Of a DNA stretch of 64,000 bases, positions 1-9,923 are shown in pieces. Below the pieces are notes generated by a model that had not been told where the DNA came from, did no database searches, and was given only the letters and a program-made list of their open reading frames with translations. Position numbers and translations under genes: made by a program. Source of the DNA: Patescibacteria group bacterium. Its GTDB lineage: Bacteria > Patescibacteriota > Minisyncoccia > UBA6257 > GWB1-50-10. Location: contig JASEIC010000001.1 of the NCBI GenBank assembly GCA_030017555.1, positions 2,571-66,570 of the forward strand, in the 5' to 3' direction. Positions within the stretch are counted from its first letter, which is position 1; each line of letters opens with the position of its first letter.

Positions 1-406
1 AACCAATGGAAGTCTTGAACATTAAATTGAATTTTCGAACTTTACCTTCAAAAATTTCACCACACGAAGCGCAGATAAATTTCTTTTCTTTTTCTTGTTC
101 CAATTCTTCAATTTTGAACCGCTTACGGCATTTCGTACATTCTAAAAACGAATCAGAAAACCCGCTCACGTGCCCCGAGGCTTCCCAAACTTTCGGATTC
201 ATAATAATCGCGGCCGAGAGGCCCACCACATCATCGCGGAATTGCACAACATCCCGCCACCAGGCCTGTTTTATATTAAACTTAAGCTCTACCCCCAGCG
301 GACCAAAATCATAAAAACCGCCTAAACCGCCGTAAATTTCCGAACCGGGATAAACAAAACCTCGCCGTTTGGCTAAACTAGTTATTTTTTCAAAAATATC
401 GTTCAT
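1..406 (-). CDS. glyQS: Glycine--tRNA ligase (alpha2 type), N-terminal part; runs off the window edge
   Basis: Manual translation from ATG at 406: MNDIFEKITSLAKRRGFVYPGSEIYGGLGGFYDFGPLGVELK, the canonical GlyRS1 N-terminus; absent from ORF track. Confidence 0.93.
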   Translation of the reverse strand, partial: MNDIFEKITSLAKRRGFVYPGSEIYGGLGGFYDFGPLGVELKFNIKQAWWRDVVQFRDDVVGLSAAIIMNPKVWEASGHVSGFSDSFLECTKCRKRFKIEELEQEKEKKFICASCGEIFEGKVRKFNLMFKTSIG

Positions 407-416
407 AAAATTTTTA

Positions 417-2351
417 TTAAGGCAAAACTACGCCGCTACCTTGACCAAGCGTCCGATCATCGGGCAGAGTTGAATCAATCGCTGTGTCGCTCCGCGAAAT
501 TTCCAAACCCGTGAAATCATCAACGGCTTTAAAAACCGACTCGGCAAGCAAGAACATTGCCTGACCAACGTTTACAACAGACGGCGTAACTCGAATTTGA
601 AAAACCGCTTCAACCGGATCATTAATGACGCCGGTCGTGGCAGAAATTTTCTTTTCAATATTCCAAATAACTTCTCCGGTTCTATTATTATAAGTTGGCT
701 TAGAATCAATATTGCTTTTCACCACGCCAGTCCATTCGACGCCCGGTTTAAGCGCGGATTTAACCGAAACATTTTTAATATCGGTTGAATAATTTTTAAT
801 CACCCAATGAACAGTAATATCCGTTGATTTGTTCGCCTGAAAAGGTATTTTTCCGCTATTTACAATACCGGATGGCGCGTCTCGATAAAATGCTTGTGCA
901 TCAAAAAACACCAGTCCAGCCACTTTTGTCTCTAAGCTAACCGAAGACTTTGTTTTTGCAGCCGAAAGATAATAAGGCACTGATGGAGAATCTATTTCAA
1001 TATTAAGCCTGACATAAAAATTCTTGTCATTCATCCGTCGAATAGGAAATTGTTGCTTTAAACTAATATTAAAACTGACCTCCCCCGAAGCTCCGGGACT
1101 TAAAAGCTTAAACGCGTCAATTTGTGAAGCATTCCAAGTTATCGAACCAGCCGCGTAATCAATGGCGCCGTTTGTATTAATAGAAGAAAAATCAAAAAGT
1201 TCCCCAACTGGCGTCGCTTTTACAATAAGATCAGCCAAGGCAATACCGCTGTTATTTTGATATTGAATATTATAAGTAAGAGAATCGCCAATTCTTGCTA
1301 TATAGTCTTGTTGACGATTTACAAGAATTTGAAGATTTATCGGCGATGGCGCGACTTCAAGATTTATAACATCTTCAGCTAATTTATAATCTTGACCGGA
1401 AAAACGAGCATAAATAATAACCGGGATGCTTAATCGAATATCACTGCCGCCTTCAAAAGTCCCCTTAACTTGAAGTTTGCCGGTCGAACCGGATTCTAAC
1501 GCGCCAAGCCGCCAATAATTATTTAGTGAATCGGGCCGAAGACTTGCCGATATGAATTTAAATGAAGTCGGATAACGGGTTTCAAGCACGACCTCCGGAA
1601 AACTAAAATCTGAAGTGTTTTTATAACTGACTTCAAATTCAAAAGTCGATCCTTGAAGCAAAAATTCCGGTTTCTTAACTTCAAGTTTTATTCCCGAACC
1701 GCGAATCAAAACCGTTTTTGCCTCATTTGCTTCGAATCGCGCCCTGCCGCCGCTAGTATAAATGAACTTGGCATTAATCTTAAGAGAAGAATTTTCTTCG
1801 CCGACCGGTAAAAACTTAAAAGTTCTTTTAGCCAAAGATCCGGCGCCGATATCGCCAATTGTTTCCTCAACTGTCGGACTGGGACCGCCCAAAGCAGTTA
1901 AATGCGCTATGCCGGGCGGCAAATTAAAACTCAAAACCGCGCCAGTAATTAACGTATCAAACCGATTTACAACATCAACTGTTACCTCAAATGGTACGCC
2001 CCGATTTACTTCCGACGGAACTATTATTGAAAGATTAATATTGCTTCCGTTATTACGATTCCCGCCAGAAAAAAGAATAATAACCGCGCTAACAACAATA
2101 AGAATCGAAAGGGCTGCGACAATTATTACTGCTTTTTTAAATATTCCTTTTTTGGCTTTTTGGGATTCTGAAATCGGCTCCTCTTCTCTAAAACTGCTTT
2201 CGTTTTTCAACTCTTCCCAAACTTGAGCTACTTCCTCTTTTTGATCTGAAGAATCGTCGCTTTTTGACGCATTTTTTTTGGAAACGCTGCGCCGTTTCAC
2301 GATATCGGAATTTTTCCGATAAAGTTCTTTTTCTAAATTATCCAATGACAT
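417..2351 (-). CDS. Single-pass membrane protein with repeated Ig-like/DUF11-type extracellular domains
   Basis: 644 aa; charged N-terminus, one TM, beta-rich repeats such as GDSLTYNIQYQNNSG and LSPGASGEVSF. Confidence 0.65.
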   Translation of the reverse strand: MSLDNLEKELYRKNSDIVKRRSVSKKNASKSDDSSDQKEEVAQVWEELKNESSFREEEPISESQKAKKGIFKKAVIIVAALSILIVVSAVIILFSGGNRNNGSNINLSIIVPSEVNRGVPFEVTVDVVNRFDTLITGAVLSFNLPPGIAHLTALGGPSPTVEETIGDIGAGSLAKRTFKFLPVGEENSSLKINAKFIYTSGGRARFEANEAKTVLIRGSGIKLEVKKPEFLLQGSTFEFEVSYKNTSDFSFPEVVLETRYPTSFKFISASLRPDSLNNYWRLGALESGSTGKLQVKGTFEGGSDIRLSIPVIIYARFSGQDYKLAEDVINLEVAPSPINLQILVNRQQDYIARIGDSLTYNIQYQNNSGIALADLIVKATPVGELFDFSSINTNGAIDYAAGSITWNASQIDAFKLLSPGASGEVSFNISLKQQFPIRRMNDKNFYVRLNIEIDSPSVPYYLSAAKTKSSVSLETKVAGLVFFDAQAFYRDAPSGIVNSGKIPFQANKSTDITVHWVIKNYSTDIKNVSVKSALKPGVEWTGVVKSNIDSKPTYNNRTGEVIWNIEKKISATTGVINDPVEAVFQIRVTPSVVNVGQAMFLLAESVFKAVDDFTGLEISRSDTAIDSTLPDDRTLGQGSGVVLP

Positions 2352-2356
2352 ATTCT

Positions 2357-2893
2357 CTATCTTACTAATAATAACTCACTTAAAGGAATTTTTGTACGGC
2401 AGTTTGCGCATAAATAAGAATGATCAATTAACGAAAAATAACTTATTTCCTTATCACCGCAGTTTTCGCATTTAGCTGCTTTCGGATCATAACCAAAGAT
2501 TTTAAGAAAAAAACCAAAATCAATAAATGCCTTTTTAAAAACCCTGATAAGCGAATGCCACAAATTGAGATCTGAAACATGAAAAGGCGCGAAAATCTTG
2601 ACAATAAAAGCTAATTCCAAAGCCCGCCTTAAACTGCCCCGATTTTGTCTAAGCAATGAAAACCGGTTTTCGGTCAAAGCGTCGGTTATGGTAAATCCCT
2701 CCTTTTTTACCAATCGTACAGTCACTAAATTCAAAACATCAAGATGGGGAGAAAATTTCGAGAGCGGCTTTCGCCCCGCAATAACCTTAGCCGTAATCCG
2801 GCCGAAATCTTTTGTATAAAGTTGAACCTCTCGATCTGTTTCCCGATATGGTTTAATACCCAAAACAATAGCTTCGGTTATATAATCTTTCAC
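2357..2893 (-). CDS. recO: DNA repair protein RecO
   Basis: YITEAIVLG..YRETDREVQLYTKDFGRI OB-fold N-terminus; C-terminal CENC..CANC zinc finger; probable GTG start at 2893. Confidence 0.8.
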   Translation of the reverse strand: MKDYITEAIVLGIKPYRETDREVQLYTKDFGRITAKVIAGRKPLSKFSPHLDVLNLVTVRLVKKEGFTITDALTENRFSLLRQNRGSLRRALELAFIVKIFAPFHVSDLNLWHSLIRVFKKAFIDFGFFLKIFGYDPKAAKCENCGDKEISYFSLIDHSYLCANCRTKIPLSELLLVR

Positions 2894-2909
2894 AAAATAA
2901 AAAAAATAA

Positions 2910-3314
2910 CTAATAAATAAACAAGCTCCAGTAAGTATCAAGATTATAAATACCGCCGCCGGTAGTCATGAGCAAAAGCGCCGCGCCAGCGATTAAAAGA
3001 TCAAGCTCATAACCATGAATAAAACCTTTTTTCCGGTTGACTTTTAAAATAGCGATTAAAAAACGCGCGAAAACAAGAAAAGCGAAAACTTGAGTCAAGA
3101 ACCCGATGATTAAAGCAACGCCGCCGACAAATTCAACGAGCCCGACAATTGTCCCCCAAAACATACCCGGTTTAAATCCTGTTGTCGCAAAATTTTGGGC
3201 GTTAGTTTTTAAATCTTTTATTTTGGGCCAGCCGTAGACAACTAAAATAACGCCCAAAACAACGCGCAAAATCAAAATCGCCCAATCATTAAAAATCAAT
3301 AAAGGCTGAATCAT
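2910..3314 (-). CDS. DoxX family membrane protein
   Basis: LILRVVLG..GWPK..VEFVGG..GFLT..GYELDL..TGGG DoxX pattern. Confidence 0.85.
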   Translation of the reverse strand: MIQPLLIFNDWAILILRVVLGVILVVYGWPKIKDLKTNAQNFATTGFKPGMFWGTIVGLVEFVGGVALIIGFLTQVFAFLVFARFLIAILKVNRKKGFIHGYELDLLIAGAALLLMTTGGGIYNLDTYWSLFIY

Positions 3315-3429
3315 AAAATAAATGAAACAAACGACCTTTCGTTTAAACTATTATAAACTAATTAATTAAAATAAAAAACACCGATGTTATTAAATTAATC
3401 ATCGGCATTTTTAAATATTTTTTAACTTT

Positions 3430-3615
3430 TTACTTTTTTACCAATTCTAATATCCGCTTCAATGTTTCGTTTAAATCATCTAATCCCGCCACAATATTCT
3501 TTAAATATTGGCACGTCAATCCAAAAAAAACAGCAACAACCAACGCTATCCCAGGATCAATGCTTGCAGTTATTAAACTAATTAAAATTATTAAAAAAAC
3601 AAGCCATAAAACCAT
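3430..3615 (-). CDS. Small two-TM membrane protein
   Basis: 61 aa with two hydrophobic helices; own TTGACA/TATAAT promoter upstream and a hairpin downstream. Confidence 0.55.
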   Translation of the reverse strand: MVLWLVFLIILISLITASIDPGIALVVAVFFGLTCQYLKNIVAGLDDLNETLKRILELVKK

Positions 3616-3815
3616 ATAAACCTTTCCGATTTTTATTTTATAGATTAAGCTTTTACCATTATATAAAGAATCTAAGAATATGTCAAATCAAAATAAAAAA
3701 GGCGCCGATATTCATTGTATCGGTCGCCTTGAAGCCTGTCGCGGCTTTTTGTTAACATATCAAACGGCGTAACCGTTCTCAAATATTAACCCGCCGGCTT
3801 GCAACTCATCGAAAA

Positions 3816-4232
3816 CTATTCCGCGTCTAAAAAATCAAGATCAACAAGTTTACGCTCTAACTTTTCGCCGTCTCTTCTTGTTTCGTAAACTTCACGATAA
3901 GAAATCGTAACCTGTTGTCCTTTTTTAAATCGTTCCCATAATCTTTTGGTTTTTCTCTGGTTTTTTTCAATTATAAAAATTGTGCCGTGCTTTTCGCATC
4001 TAAAAATAACTACGTATTTCTCCGCAACGGAGATACTTGTAAGTTGCAGACCTAACTTACCATCCATATCGATACTAGGACTTAAGCCACTACCATGACG
4101 CGAGGGCACATAAATAAGATCAACAATTTCTCCTTTTTCACGAAGAACTGGTGAGTATTCTTTCTCGGTCGTTACACAACCAGTAAAAACAGATAATACA
4201 AGAACTGTAAATAGAATGCCTACTATTTTCAT
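3816..4232 (-). CDS. Hypothetical lipoprotein
   Basis: Lipobox-like VFTGC; SD AAGGAG; consensus promoter at 4291-4319. Confidence 0.6.
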   Translation of the reverse strand: MKIVGILFTVLVLSVFTGCVTTEKEYSPVLREKGEIVDLIYVPSRHGSGLSPSIDMDGKLGLQLTSISVAEKYVVIFRCEKHGTIFIIEKNQRKTKRLWERFKKGQQVTISYREVYETRRDGEKLERKLVDLDFLDAE

Positions 4233-4290
4233 ACATATTTCTCCTTACATGTCTTTTGAATAGAATTGAATTGTTAATTAAACTCATATA

Positions 4291-4319
4291 AGTATAGCAT
4301 ACTATAATGCTCATGTCAA
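4291..4319 (-). promoter_or_regulatory. sigma70 promoter for 3816-4232
   Basis: TTGACA-17 nt-TATACT with TG extension on the minus strand. Confidence 0.7.
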
Positions 4320-4356
4320 GTTTCCAAAAAACGAGGAAAAATCTACTATATTTAAT

Positions 4357-5559
4357 ATGAAAATACTGGCGATTGAAACATCCTGTGATGAAACTGCTTT
4401 GGCTTATATTGAAGCAAGGGACGGAATTACAAAACCGCGATTTAAGATTTTAGAAAATCTTGTTTCATCGCAAATTAATATCCATCGGCCTTGGGGCGGC
4501 GTAGTGCCGAACCTTGCCAAACGCGAACACATAAAAAATCTGCCTTTAATTTTTAAAAAATTCTTTAAAAAACATAAACCGAAACCAAATCTCATGGCTG
4601 TAACCGTCGGGCCTGGACTTGAACCAGCTCTTTGGGCAGGAATTAATTTTGCTCTAACCATTCACAAAGATTATTTCTCGTCCGCCAGCCGGCGAATCCC
4701 GCTTGTCGGCGCAAACCACTTAGAAGGGCATCTTCATAGTTTTTTACTGCCAAAAACAACTGGCGAAGAAATTTTAAAGAAAAGAGGGTTAAAATTTATT
4801 TTTCCGGCGGTGGCGCTTGTGGTAAGCGGCGGGCACACGATTTTACTTTTAATGAAATCGCTCACTGATTGGAAAAAATTAGGCGAAACCCGAGACGATG
4901 CTGTTGGCGAAGCATTTGATAAAGTGGCGAAAATGCTAAATCTTCCTTATCCCGGCGGACCGGAAATCTCCCGTCTCGCTTTAACCGGCGATTCCAAAGC
5001 CATTAAATTCCCCCGCCCAATGATTAATTCGGAAAGTTATGATTTTAGTTTTTCGGGACTCAAAACATCCGTACTTTATTTTCTCAAAAACAATGAAGCT
5101 AAAATTGTTTTTGATATGGGCATGTCCAAAACGCGTTCAAAAATCAACGAACGAATAGAAAATTTACCGGGCGCCCGCGCGCGAAGCAAACAGGGCGGTA
5201 AATTTTCGTCTATGAGCGAGTTAGATTTTAACGCGCGTGGACTTGCAAATAAAAAAATAATTTTAGCTGACATAGCCGCAAGCTTTCAACAAGCCGCTAT
5301 TGATGCTTTGGTCAAAAAAACAATGCGCGCTGCCAATGAATTCAGGATAAAATCAATTCTTCTTTCTGGCGGCGTGGCTGCCAACAAACTACTCCGTGAA
5401 ACTTTGATAAAAGAAACCAAAAACAATAACTTAAACTTTTTTGTGCCGCCGATAAATTTTAACACTGACAATGCCGTCATGATCGCCGTCGCGGCGTATA
5501 TTAACTTTTTAAAAAACAAAAAATATCCGCTTCGTGCCAATGGAATTTTAAATTTATAA
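4357..5559 (+). CDS. tsaD: tRNA N6-adenosine threonylcarbamoyltransferase TsaD, with an internal insertion of about 40 aa
   Basis: ILAIETSCDET, GPGL, NHLEGH, SGGHT, TRDDAVGEAFDK, FSFSGLKT, GGVAAN, TDNA motifs. Confidence 0.96.
   Translation: MKILAIETSCDETALAYIEARDGITKPRFKILENLVSSQINIHRPWGGVVPNLAKREHIKNLPLIFKKFFKKHKPKPNLMAVTVGPGLEPALWAGINFALTIHKDYFSSASRRIPLVGANHLEGHLHSFLLPKTTGEEILKKRGLKFIFPAVALVVSGGHTILLLMKSLTDWKKLGETRDDAVGEAFDKVAKMLNLPYPGGPEISRLALTGDSKAIKFPRPMINSESYDFSFSGLKTSVLYFLKNNEAKIVFDMGMSKTRSKINERIENLPGARARSKQGGKFSSMSELDFNARGLANKKIILADIAASFQQAAIDALVKKTMRAANEFRIKSILLSGGVAANKLLRETLIKETKNNNLNFFVPPINFNTDNAVMIAVAAYINFLKNKKYPLRANGILNL
5120..5246. repeat. Imperfect long palindrome inside tsaD (in-frame insertion)
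   Basis: gaaaatttaccg (5158-5169) / cggtaaattttc (5196-5207) form a perfect 12-bp IR; outer arms gcatgtcca/tggacttgc and acgcgtt/aacgcg. Confidence 0.75.
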
Positions 5560-5563
5560 ATAA

Positions 5564-5589
5564 AAACCCTTCGAAATTTCGAAGGGTTT
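5564..5589. terminator. Bidirectional hairpin between convergent genes
   Basis: Perfect palindrome aaacccttcgaaatttcgaagggttt. Confidence 0.7.
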
Positions 5590-5612
5590 GATTTACATCT
5601 ATTAAATAAGGT

Positions 5613-5744
5613 TCACTGTCCGGGTTTTCTTCCGCACGTGAACGCAACGTACGGCACAATTATAAAAAGTACAAACGCCAAAGCCACAGCGATTAGGAAG
5701 AAAAACAGACTTAAAAACACGTGAAGTGGTTGAATAGTTTCCAT
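5613..5744 (-). CDS. Small membrane protein (43 aa, not in ORF track)
   Basis: AAGGAGG SD then ATG; METIQPLHVFLSLFFFLIAVALAFVLFIIVPYVAFTCGRKPGQ*. Confidence 0.55.
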   Translation of the reverse strand: METIQPLHVFLSLFFFLIAVALAFVLFIIVPYVAFTCGRKPGQ

Positions 5745-5753
5745 GTTTCCTCC

Positions 5754-5945
5754 TTAAAAAATTTGCGATATAGAAAGAAAAAAACAAACCGTCGCACTGA
5801 TTATACAAATAATTGCTGGGGTTTTATAAATTTTTCCTTTCATATTTTTGATTGCCGCCAGAAAGAAAAAGAACGTAAGAATTCCAAAGCTGATTGCATA
5901 CATACTTTTTTCAAAAAGCTTTGGTATTGTCATTAAAATATCCAT
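5754..5945 (-). CDS. Small two-TM membrane protein
   Basis: 63 aa; SD AAGGAG; promoter TTGACA(6010-6015)/TATAAT(5988-5993). Confidence 0.6.
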   Translation of the reverse strand: MDILMTIPKLFEKSMYAISFGILTFFFFLAAIKNMKGKIYKTPAIICIISATVCFFLSISQIF

Positions 5946-6067
5946 TTGACTCCTTATTTTTTTATAGTTTTTTAATATTCTGTATTAATTATAGCATAAT
6001 GGTAATATTTGTCAATATCCTCTGTTTCCCTTTATTTTCTCACATTTTTTGACATATAATATATATA

Positions 6068-8167
6068 ATGTTTGATTCTCCCTACGACCCAAAAAAACAC
6101 GAAGAAAAAATCTACAAACTTTGGGAAAACTCGGGTTATTTTAACCCGGACAACTTAATCGGTAAAAAAACTTTTATTATTTACATGCCCTTACCCAACA
6201 TAACGGGCACGCTTCATATGGGCCACGCCCTTGATAATACTCTTCCCGATATTTTAATCCGCTATTACCGAATGAAAGGAATAAAAACCTTATGGCTTCC
6301 AGGCACAGATCATGCTGGTATTGCCACCCAATATGTCGTGGAAAAGGAACTTAAGAAAAAAGGAATTTCTCGATTTGAGCTTGGTCGAGAAAAATTTATT
6401 GAAAAAGTTTGGGAATGGAAAAAAGAATACGGCAATCTTATTTTGGAACAATTGAAAAAACTCGGTATTTCAGCTGATTGGTCGCGTGTGCGATTTACGA
6501 TGGATGAGGCCTATGCGCGGGACGTAAAACGCGCATTTATTCATTACTACAAAAAAGGCTGGCTTTATCGAGGTTTACGCACTGTAAATTGGTGTCCGCG
6601 TTGCGGCACAAGCCTTTCCGAGCTTGAGCTTGAATACAAAGACGAAGAAACAAAACTTTGGCACATAAAATATCCCGGCCGAAATGGCGATGTTACCGTA
6701 GTCACCACTCGACCCGAAACAATGTTGGGCGACACCGCAGTCGCGGTAAATCCAAGAGATGCGCGTTACAAAAAATTAATCGGCAAAACCGTTACCCTCC
6801 CGATTATGAATCGCGAAATACCAATTATTGAGGATGAAATTATTGATCAAAGTTTTGGCACGGGCGCAGTTAAAGTTACGCCCGCCCATGATATTGCTGA
6901 TTTCGAAATCAGCGAACGCCACAAACTTCCAATCATTCAAGTAATTGATGAACGCGGAAAAATGACAAAAGATGCGGGAAAATACGAAGGATTAAAAGCA
7001 ATCGAAGCGCGCACAAAAATCGTGGAAGAACTTACCAGGCTTGGACTTCTTTTAAAAACCGAAAAATATTCCCACCGAGTAACTGTTTGCTACCGTTGTA
7101 ATTCAACAATTGAACCAATTCCCTCTAAGCAATGGTTTTTGAAAATGAGTGAGCTTGCAAAGATGGCGCTTGAAGCGGTAAAAAGCGGGACCGTAAAAAT
7201 CCATCCCGAAAATTTTAAAAAGCCCTATTACGCGTGGCTCGAAAATATCCGCGACTGGACCGTATCGCGGCAGATTTGGTGGGGGCATCAACTGCCGGTG
7301 TGGTTTTGTAAAAATGACCCTGAAAAATTTGAAGTAAGCGAAGAAAAATCAAAAAAATGTTTATTCTGTAATAAATGCGAAATGGAACAATCGCCGGATA
7401 TACTGGACACCTGGTTTTCATCCGCTCTTTGGCCTTTTGCCGGATTTAGAGAAAAAGATCTTAAAAATTATTATCCCGGCGATTTAGTAATGAATGCTCG
7501 AGAAATTTTAAATCTTTGGGATGCCAGAATGATTTTTTCGGGATTAGAATTTAAAGGCGAAGTTCCTTTTAAAAACGTTTTAATTCACGGCACCATTCTT
7601 ACAAAAGACGGGAAACGCATGTCAAAAAGCTTGGGTACGGGCATTGATCCATTAAAATATATTGATCAATATGGCGCGGACGCAACTCGCTTTGCTGTTA
7701 TTTGGCAAGCAAATGGCCAGGATATTCGATGGGACGAAACAGCGGTTTTAGCCGGTCGAAAATTCACAAATAAAATTTGGAACGCGGCTCGCTTCGTAAT
7801 AGAAAAAACAAAAAATGTTAAAATAAAAAATAATGCGCCGAAAGCAAAAACTGAAGCCGACAAAAAAATTCTTGAATCTCTTTCGAATATAAAAAATAGC
7901 GTCGAAAAAGATATTGAAGACCTTGAATTCAACAAAGCCCTTCACAATTTTTACGATTTTTTTTGGCATGAATTCTGTGACGTCTATCTCGAAATATCAA
8001 AAAAACAATTTGAAAGCGAAAATAAAGAGTCGACCGTACAAATTTTAAACCGTATTTTAAGCGAATCGCTTAAACTTCTTCACCCTTTTATGCCTTTTAT
8101 CACTGAACAAATTTACCAAACACTTGAAGTAAAAAATAAAAAATTGCTCTTAATCGAACCATGGTAA
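6068..8167 (+). CDS. valS: Valine--tRNA ligase (short form lacking the C-terminal coiled coil)
   Basis: PNITGTLHMGH, PGTDHAGIATQ, TTRPETMLGDTA, SRQIWWGH, DTWFSS, RMSKS. Confidence 0.96.
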   Translation: MFDSPYDPKKHEEKIYKLWENSGYFNPDNLIGKKTFIIYMPLPNITGTLHMGHALDNTLPDILIRYYRMKGIKTLWLPGTDHAGIATQYVVEKELKKKGISRFELGREKFIEKVWEWKKEYGNLILEQLKKLGISADWSRVRFTMDEAYARDVKRAFIHYYKKGWLYRGLRTVNWCPRCGTSLSELELEYKDEETKLWHIKYPGRNGDVTVVTTRPETMLGDTAVAVNPRDARYKKLIGKTVTLPIMNREIPIIEDEIIDQSFGTGAVKVTPAHDIADFEISERHKLPIIQVIDERGKMTKDAGKYEGLKAIEARTKIVEELTRLGLLLKTEKYSHRVTVCYRCNSTIEPIPSKQWFLKMSELAKMALEAVKSGTVKIHPENFKKPYYAWLENIRDWTVSRQIWWGHQLPVWFCKNDPEKFEVSEEKSKKCLFCNKCEMEQSPDILDTWFSSALWPFAGFREKDLKNYYPGDLVMNAREILNLWDARMIFSGLEFKGEVPFKNVLIHGTILTKDGKRMSKSLGTGIDPLKYIDQYGADATRFAVIWQANGQDIRWDETAVLAGRKFTNKIWNAARFVIEKTKNVKIKNNAPKAKTEADKKILESLSNIKNSVEKDIEDLEFNKALHNFYDFFWHEFCDVYLEISKKQFESENKESTVQILNRILSESLKLLHPFMPFITEQIYQTLEVKNKKLLLIEPW

Positions 8168-8883
8168 TCACTACGATTCCTATCATTATTGTCGCGATAG
8201 TTGCGGCGCTTGCGCCCGCGCTCATTTGGTTTATATTACTTTCTAAAAAAGATATTCACCCGGAGCCAAAACGACTTATTATTTACACTTTTAATTTCGG
8301 CATAATGATAAGTCTTGCCGTACTCGCATTTCAAATCCTTTTCCGAAGCATTGCAGGCATACCAACCAGCAACTTAATTAGTATTATTAGCTTGGCGTTT
8401 ATCGAAGAAACATTTAAATTCTTATCGGCTTTTTGGGCAGTTCATAAAGATCCGGAATTTGATGAACCAATTGATGCCATGATTTATACAATAGTTGCCG
8501 CGCTTGGTTTTGCCACGGTTGAAAACTTTTTTATCATTCTAAATATTCCCAACATAACTGACATAATTGCCTCTTCTCCGCTTATTTTAAAAACAATTTC
8601 TCTTAGATTTGCCGGCGCGACCCTGCTTCATGTTCTGGCATCGGCAATCGTGGGTTATTATTGGGCGCGTGGTCGGAAAAAGAACAAAATCATAAAACCA
8701 ATAATGCTAGGCCTCATTATTGCCACAATTGTTCACTCTGTTTTCAACTTATTAATATACAAATTCCAATCCATAAACTTGTGGTATTCAAGCTTATTTT
8801 TAGTTATCGTGGTTTTCTTTGTATTAATAGATTTTGATAAACTCAAGAACGAAAAACCTTTTAATAATAAACCTTGCGGGTAG
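8161..8883 (+). CDS. PrsW family intramembrane metalloprotease
   Basis: HPEP, IEE..K, ALGFATVEN, LLH, IVH..FN motifs. Confidence 0.88.
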   Translation: MVITTIPIIIVAIVAALAPALIWFILLSKKDIHPEPKRLIIYTFNFGIMISLAVLAFQILFRSIAGIPTSNLISIISLAFIEETFKFLSAFWAVHKDPEFDEPIDAMIYTIVAALGFATVENFFIILNIPNITDIIASSPLILKTISLRFAGATLLHVLASAIVGYYWARGRKKNKIIKPIMLGLIIATIVHSVFNLLIYKFQSINLWYSSLFLVIVVFFVLIDFDKLKNEKPFNNKPCG

Positions 8884-8919
8884 CCGATTAAAATCACTTA
8901 TGTTATACTTTTAATTAAT

Positions 8920-9360
8920 ATGAAAGAAGAAAATAAAAATGATATCTTTGTAGAACTTGCTAAAGTCAAAAACAAACCGATGCCTATTAAAGTTGAAAAT
9001 GACGAAGATAATGACATTACCGAAGAAGAAGGACAGCTTACTGTTGATGTTTATCAAGATCAGGACAATATCATTGTTCAATCAACAGTCGCGGGCATAA
9101 AACCGGATGATATCGACATCAGCATTACCAATGAATCGGTAATTATTCGCGGTAAAAGAGAAAAAGAAGAAGCAATCGAAGATAAAGATTATTTTTACCA
9201 AGAGTGTTTCTGGGGCGCTTTTTCCCGTTCAATAATCTTGCCGCAGGAAATTGACCCGGACAAATCCCAAGCTTCAATGAAAAACGGCGTTCTGACCGTT
9301 AAAATGCCGAAGTTAAATCGCGCTAAAACAAAAACATTAAAAGTAAAAACTGATTTATAA
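8920..9360 (+). CDS. Hsp20/alpha-crystallin small heat shock protein
   Basis: LTVDVYQ, FSRSIILP, ASMKNGVLTVKMPK. Confidence 0.92.
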   Translation: MKEENKNDIFVELAKVKNKPMPIKVENDEDNDITEEEGQLTVDVYQDQDNIIVQSTVAGIKPDDIDISITNESVIIRGKREKEEAIEDKDYFYQECFWGAFSRSIILPQEIDPDKSQASMKNGVLTVKMPKLNRAKTKTLKVKTDL

Positions 9361-9377
9361 ATACCGGCTATAAAATT

Positions 9378-9405
9378 ACCCCGCTTATCCATGGATAAGC
9401 GGGGT
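9378..9405 (+). terminator. Intrinsic terminator after hsp20
   Basis: Perfect 28-bp palindrome accccgcttatccatggataagcggggt followed by a T run. Confidence 0.75.
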
Positions 9406-9572
9406 TTTTCTGAAAGATTGCGCGATTTCTTCAACGGTTTTTAGGCTTGACTTAATAATTGATATATAGCAATATTAAGCTTGAACTATAATTTCGTGTT
9501 CTTTAAAATAATTCACTAAATAAAAGGAGTTCTTACGAAAAATATTTTATTAGACAATGAGATTTCGAAACT

Positions 9573-9872
9573 ATGAAAAATATTTCATTCTATGCGTTAT
9601 TTATTATTGCGCTCGCTGCTTTTGGCCTTATTAATGGCTGCGACAATCAAACTACCAGAAAATTAGCAATTGAAAATTCTAACAGCATTGAACCGCAAAA
9701 CTTCGGCAACGGGGTTTATTATTTCAATTGTTACGCGGAAACTTTCGGTGCAAGCATTTCAAAATTTATCGAACGAGAACATAAATATTTGAAAATTATT
9801 GCTGTTGCTCCGAACGGTTTAAGCGAAGAGGGCACAACTCTTGGTTACTGGGTGATTTGCGAAGAAAAATAA
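9573..9872 (+). CDS. Hypothetical lipoprotein
   Basis: Signal peptide with LINGC lipobox-like site; hairpin 9884-9909 downstream. Confidence 0.55.
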   Translation: MKNISFYALFIIALAAFGLINGCDNQTTRKLAIENSNSIEPQNFGNGVYYFNCYAETFGASISKFIEREHKYLKIIAVAPNGLSEEGTTLGYWVICEEK

Positions 9873-9883
9873 AGTTTATTAAA

Positions 9884-9909
9884 TCCCGCCTACCTATAGA
9901 TAGGCGGGA
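9884..9909. terminator. Hairpin between convergent genes
   Basis: tcccgccta...taggcggga. Confidence 0.65.
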
Positions 9910-9923
9910 ATATTTTTATAAAA

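Noticed and set aside
6-314. 102-aa plus-strand ORF
   Set aside because: Antisense shadow of glyQS
5602-5936. ORFs 5602-5808 (-) and 5721-5936 (+)
   Set aside because: Overlap better-supported SD-led ORFs 5613-5744 and 5754-5945
6068-8167. valS as a truncated pseudogene
   Set aside because: Catalytic, editing and anticodon-binding motifs are intact and the stop overlaps the prsW start; loss of the C-terminal arm is compatible with function
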